From contig NW_027272190.1 of assembly GCF_040938485.1 (NCBI RefSeq), positions 620,001-684,000 of the forward strand: DNA of 64,000 nucleotides. The letters are read 5' to 3'. Positions 58,806-64,000 of this stretch are shown piece after piece. Position 1 is the stretch's first letter. Each line of letters opens with the position of its first letter. The translations under genes and the position numbers were made by a program. A model generated the notes under the pieces. It had not been told where the DNA came from. It saw only the letters and a list, made by a program, of their open reading frames with translations, and ran no database searches. Origin of the DNA: Diadema antillarum (lineage: Eukaryota).

Positions 58806-61800
58806 TATTAAGGAAGTCCACGTCTGCTGCAGGCTTGAAAGTGACTGATGAGTCCGATGCGGGACAGGCAGGCACGGTTGCAGCGGTTGCACGGGAAAGT
58901 CGGTTGGTTGATGTTGGGTGTTGGGTTTTTCCTCTGTTGTCTTTTTCTGTTGAGTCGGGCCCTGTGATCATCCTCGAAGGCTGCTGTTGCTCGTCGAACA
59001 GTAAGGCGCCAAGATGTGCGATCAGAGGCGATAGCAGCCCACCGTCGGTGATCGATGTTGCAGGTGCTCAAGGTTTTTTTCAAGCAGTCCTTGTATCTCT
59101 TCCTGGGTCCACCTCTCTCTCGGTGTCCAGAAGAGAGCTCACCGTACAGCATGACCTTCGGAAGGCGATGGTCTTCCATTCTCGAGACATGACCAGCCCA
59201 GCGCAGTTGAGTTTTCATCAGTGTGGCTTCGATGCTAGTAGTCTCTGCCAGCTCAAGAACTTTGATGTTGGCGACAAAGTCATTCCAGTGGATGTTTAGG
59301 ATAAAGCGGAGACATCGCTGGTGGAAGCGCTCAAGAAGGCGTAGGTGATGCCGGTAGAGGGCCCATGACTCGGATCCGTACAGGAGAGTTGGTAAGACAA
59401 CGGCTCTGTACACGCTGATCTTTGTCTGCTTTTTCAGGGGGTTGTTTTTCTAGACTCTGTCGTGCAGTCTACCAAAGGCGCTGCTTGCCTTAGCAAGTCT
59501 GTTGTCAATTTCTTTGTCGACTCTTGCGTTTGATGTGATGGTGCTGCCGAGATAAGTAAATTTATCAACTGTTTTGAGTTCTGTTTGTCCTATGGCGATG
59601 TGGGGGGACTGGTAATCCTGTCGAGGAGCCGGCTGATGAAGAACCTCGGTTTTCTTCAGGCTTACTTCAAAGCCAAATGCTTTAGCAGTAGCTGCGAAGT
59701 AGAATGTTAAGCGCTGGAGAGCAGACTCTGAATGAGCAACAAGAGCGGCATCATCTGCGAAGAGTAGCTCACGGACGAGTAACTCATGCGTCTTTGTGTG
59801 AGCTTGCAGACGTCTCAGATTAAATAGACTGCCATCTGTGTGGTACCGGATGTAAACAGCATCTTCGTTATTGAACTCTTCCATGGCTTGTTTGAGCATC
59901 ATAATGAAGAAGATAGTAAACAGGGTCGGTGCAAGAACACAACCTTGCTTTACACCGTTTTCAATTGGAAAGGGCTGGGAGAAATCATTGTTATACCTAA
60001 CCCGGCCTTGCTGGTTTTCATGCAGTTGGATGATCATATTGACGAACATCGGGGGACAACCAAGGCGCTCCAGAATTTGCCAGAGTCCTTTCCTACCCAC
60101 TGTGTCAAAGGCTTTGGCTAGGTCAACAAAGGTAATGTAAAGTCCCTTGTTTTGTTCCTTGCATTTTTCCTGGAGCTGTCTGAGAGCAAAGACCATGTCA
60201 ACAGTTCCTCTGTTTTCGCGAAAACCACACTGAGATTCTGGGAGAACACTTTCTGCGACACTAGGCGTTAGTCTATTGAGAAGAATTCGAGCAAGGATTT
60301 TGCCCGCAATGGAAAGCAGCGTGATTCCTCTGTAGTTGTTGCACTCTGATTTCTCTCCTCTTTTTTGTTCAGGGTGATGATAATTGCATCCCGAAGATCT
60401 GGAGGTAGTTGGCCTTGGTTCCAGCGAAGCGTGAAGAACTCGTGAAGCTTGTGTCTAGGGCTTTTCCACCAGCCTTCCATACCTCTGGGGGAATTCCATC
60501 CACACCTGCTGCTTTGCCGATTTTCATTTGTTCAATCGCTTTAAGTGTCCCCTCGAGGGTAGGGAATTCATCCAGCTCAGGTTTAAAGAGCTGTTGGGGA
60601 ATCTGGAGTAGGGCAGATTCTTGTACTATGCGGTTGGCACTGAAGAGCGACTGAAAGTGCTCTGACCATCGGGTGAGGATGGAGGTCTTGTCGTTGAGGA
60701 GAACTTCGCCGTCAGCGCTACGAAGAGGACTTTGTGCAGGTTTAGCTTGCAGTGAACAAGCCGATGATCAGTGTGGCATTCAGCACTGGGCAAAACTCTG
60801 GTGTGAAGCACGTCACGTTGGTCTCTCCTGCGAACCAGAATGTAGTCCAGTAGATGCCAGTGCTTGGACCGGGGGTGCATCCAGGTAGTCTTTAAACTGT
60901 CCCTCTGCTGGAAAAGGGTGTGTGTGATGACTAGTTGTTGTTCTGTGCAGAACTCCAGCAGGAGGCGTCCGTTGCCGTTGCACTTTCCGACGCCATGTTT
61001 ACCAAGGATTCCTGACCAGGTTTCTGAGTCTTTCCCAACGCAGGCGTTGAAGTCACCAAGGATGATAACCTTGTCGTCTTCCCGAACTTGTAGGGAGAAG
61101 ATGCGCAAATCAGTGTAGAACTTATCCTTTTCGGCTGTTTCCGCCTGAAGGGTTGGGGCATAGACACTGAACAGAGTTATATATTGACCCTTGCGAAGGG
61201 AGAGACGCATGGACATAATCCGGTCAGAGTGGCCTGTGGGAAGGTTTTCGAGCCTGGAGGCGATGGAATTCTTGACCATAAAACCAACTCCTGGTAGACG
61301 TCGTTCACACCGAGGTTTCCCAGACCAGTAGAGTCTGTAGCCCGCACCATGTTCTTTGAGATTACCTTCATCTGCAAGGCGGACTTCGCTGAGAGCAGCT
61401 ATGGCTATGTCAAGTCTGGAGAGCTCATGAGCGATGAGGGCAGACCGCCGTTCAGGTCTGTGGCCGTCCGTGTCCAACATTGTTCTGACGTTCCAACATG
61501 CCAACTTCAGTTTGTGTACACCTTTTGAAGGAGGTGTGACCCTTTTGTTCTGTTTTGTTCGACCGCTTGGAAGATGCCCGTTGGGGTTAACCAACTAGGT
61601 CAGAGGAGATGAACTTTGGTTAGGCCACCTTTTAGGCCCCTCTCCATGCGGAGCAAGTAGTGCTATCCCTTAAAAGGGCTGCTTGGTCGTTCAAGGTGCT
61701 GCCGAATGATGCTGTCGTCTCCAGGTCAGCATTAAGCGCCCAATATCCTGAACCGCCTGCATGTAGGATTGGAGCTGCGGCTGCCAAAGACATCTTTCAC

Positions 61801-62581
61801 ATGCCGTTTTCACCCCTTTCCCATCGCTGCAGGACTTTAAGGGGGAGGAGGACGTGGACATGTACTCAGGCCTGCGCAAAGGAGCTTTTAAGTGGAGTGC
61901 AGTGTGCGCAGTACTGACCCCACTCTTTACACCCAAGGTTCGTGTGCTGTAGCCAAGCAAGCTAGGACGTACACCTCAGCGAGGTTCTTGAATCGTAGGT
62001 TTTACATCGGAGTGTCCTTCTCGTATGCAGGTTGCTCAACTGGGCTGAAGAGGCCTGCCTCCCCTGATATATGGATTAAAGCTGTAACCTTCGACCGCTG
62101 TCCACAGAATATGGAGTGGCACGCCCTGAAGAGTCTAACAACTATTGGTCGTTGAGTCCGACTTGGTCTCTTTCACCATGGCCGTTGGCTGCCTGGCAGC
62201 TCATCCGCCCATAACATTAACCAAGCAGATAATTAACCAAGCAGACAGATAAAAAATAATAGACAGGAAGATAAAAGTCAACGTAATAACATTTTCATTT
62301 GGCACCGTATAAACTTTACTCAGTGATTTTATACTTGTACAGTATAAGACATTCGATTTTGTATTACACTTCACAGCTTGTATTTCTTACAAAATGTTTA
62401 ATAATATCAGTAGACAGATGTATGCCTTGTACTGTCGACTTGAAATTATTGCTAAGAACAAAGTTTGTACTACGTATTACGTACCGTACCAGATGAGGAG
62501 CAACTTATGTGTATGACGTCATGAGCATAAGCAATACAGGGCGCCTGCTAACTAGCGTTTATTTCTAATTGAGAAGATCGC

Positions 62582-62689
62582 GTTAACATAGATTCTATGT
62601 TAACCCGTTCCTTACGGGAACCTGGTATACCAGGCTCCCGTCAGTGGTGGGAGTAACTGATATACGGGAACCTGGTATACCAGGTTCCC
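62582..62689. repeat. Cluster of short palindromes, including two copies of GGGAACCTGGTATACCAGGYTCCC
   Basis: gttaacataga-t-tctatgttaac (62582-62604); 28-bp palindrome with 1 mismatch (62614-62641); perfect 24-bp palindrome (62666-62689). Confidence 0.85.
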
Positions 62690-64000
62690 AAGATGAAGAG
62701 AAGAGTGCCTGCTTAAATTCATGTTTCTTTGTGTTAAAATGCCCAGAAAAGTGGGTTTGATAACAAGATCAGAGTTTATTCTGTCAGCTGCATTTGTTCT
62801 TCTGTTTGAAAAATACGTATTTCACAGTATTATTTACCTTTTTACTGGTTTAGTTTCCACTTGTTCTGCTGGAAACTCGTACGAACATGTACATATCGAT
62901 GAAGGCTGAGATCAGTTAGTTTTGGGGGTTCGCTGACCCCAGTCACCCCAATCAGGTGCCTGGTTTTGTGTAGAACAAAAGATTCGGTGAGCTCATCAGC
63001 GCACGCTCTATTCATACATCGCACCCGATGGATATTTCCATTGTTCACTGGCACATGTAGTTGACCGTGGAAAGGGGGATACAATGTACAGCTTGACTGC
63101 CTTCACACAGGTGGATTACCAACCTGTCGGCCTCTCAGTCGACGGGCAAAAAGAATGTCGTTTGGGGGCATAAAAGGCACTCAGAGAATTGCGGAAGGAA
63201 CGGTTTAAGATGTCACAATAGATTGCATTCATTACGTAGAAATTTGTGCATCTCTATTCAGCGTATTTTAATTTATTTCCTACTTAATAACGTTGAACGC
63301 AATGTTCAAAGTACTTATCCAATAAAACTGAACAGAAACGAGTTAGAACCCGGACAGAAAAAGAAGACAAAATAAGAGTAAAAGGAATAGAAGAATGAAG
63401 AGTTAACCTGCCTGCTCCTGTACCGCAGTACAGGGTTACGCCTTTCCCGTCAACAAGAGGGTGAAAAACCCTCCCGTTAACACCGGTGAAGTCTTGGCCT
63501 TTCCTGGGGGCGGGCGCCTTTACCCTACCTACCCACGTATAACAAGCCTAGCGAAAAGAGGAAGATAGAACTAGGAAGACTGCAGCGTTAACCTTGGACA
63601 CCGTACATTGTACTCAATCATTTAATCTTTGTTTAATGCATCTATATTATTTTGTATATAAATGATGTATAACTTAAACCAAGATTATTTATTTCAAATA
63701 TTCACCCATGCTTTATAATATAAATAAATAAACCGATGTATGTTGCATACATCATAAAAATTCTTTGTTAGATAAAGCAAAAAAAAAAAAACACAAAACA
63801 AACACTAAACCTAAAGTTGAATTGAAAAAGGTAAGGAAGAAATGTTGGTAAGGAGCGAAACAGCTTACAGGAAGTCCGTTACCAGTGGAGGCGGTTTGCG
63901 TGCTGAGTTACTATGCTAACCAAATTTGAAATGATTTCTAGTACAGTGCATGATGCCTATTAGCGTAAGTGCATTTGACGTCATAATCACAAGCAGTACT

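Larger units (their letters stand above)
57858..62210 (-). mobile_element. RTE-clade LINE (APE endonuclease + RT), inactivated, antisense to host gene
   Basis: LACWNVRT..ALSEVR..GDFNA..HWHLLDY..DHRLV (APE); QCGFR..VFALRQLQEK..FVDL.KAFD..VKQGC.LAP.LF..LFADD (RT); C-terminal CNRC..RIGL.SH. A TAG at 59450-52, several frameshifts, and the 3' end ATCTTCGTTCGCGAAGCAAAGCCA at ~57863-57886. Confidence 0.93.

Noticed and set aside
58835-59299. 154-aa plus-strand ORF, and others at 59840-61118
   Set aside because: These are antisense shadows of the GC-rich RTE ORF.
62324-62419. Phase 2/2 open candidate exon
   Set aside because: The translation lacks an LRR pattern and the sequence is AT-rich and intron-like.
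62614-62689. CRISPR-like repeat-spacer-repeat
   Set aside because: Only two repeats, a eukaryotic intron context, and no cas genes.

Overview
This is eukaryotic, AT-rich genomic DNA with spliceosomal introns. The repeat landscape and gene content suggest an invertebrate deuterostome such as a sea urchin; that assignment is an inference. One large + strand gene dominates the window. By hand I assembled 36 coding exons between 4218 and 56628 (6,385 nt, about 2,128 codons). All have AG/GT boundaries and compatible phases, with no in-frame stops. The encoded ectodomain is 3xSRCR - Cys-rich/EGF-like - CUB-like - 3xF5/8 (discoidin) - CTL - Ca-binding EGF - CTL - 3xCUB-like - CTL(QPD) - putative furin site RERR - 7xLDLa - LRRNT. 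The CTL-LDLa-LRRNT tail matches GRL101-like / multi-LDLa (type C2) leucine-rich-repeat GPCRs. The LRRs and 7TM region were not found in the window and are inferred to lie downstream. The start-codon/signal-peptide exon is ambiguous, with two models. The introns are filled with transposon remnants: L2/Crack-like and Tx1/L1-like LINE fragments, a decayed antisense RTE with two MITEs inserted at its stop codon, a pogo-like element with nested insertions, a TTAA-flanked Kolobok-like MITE, several MITE families, a tRNA-like cassette inside terminal inverted repeats, local tandem duplications and microsatellites. Most ORFs in the supplied track are spurious.
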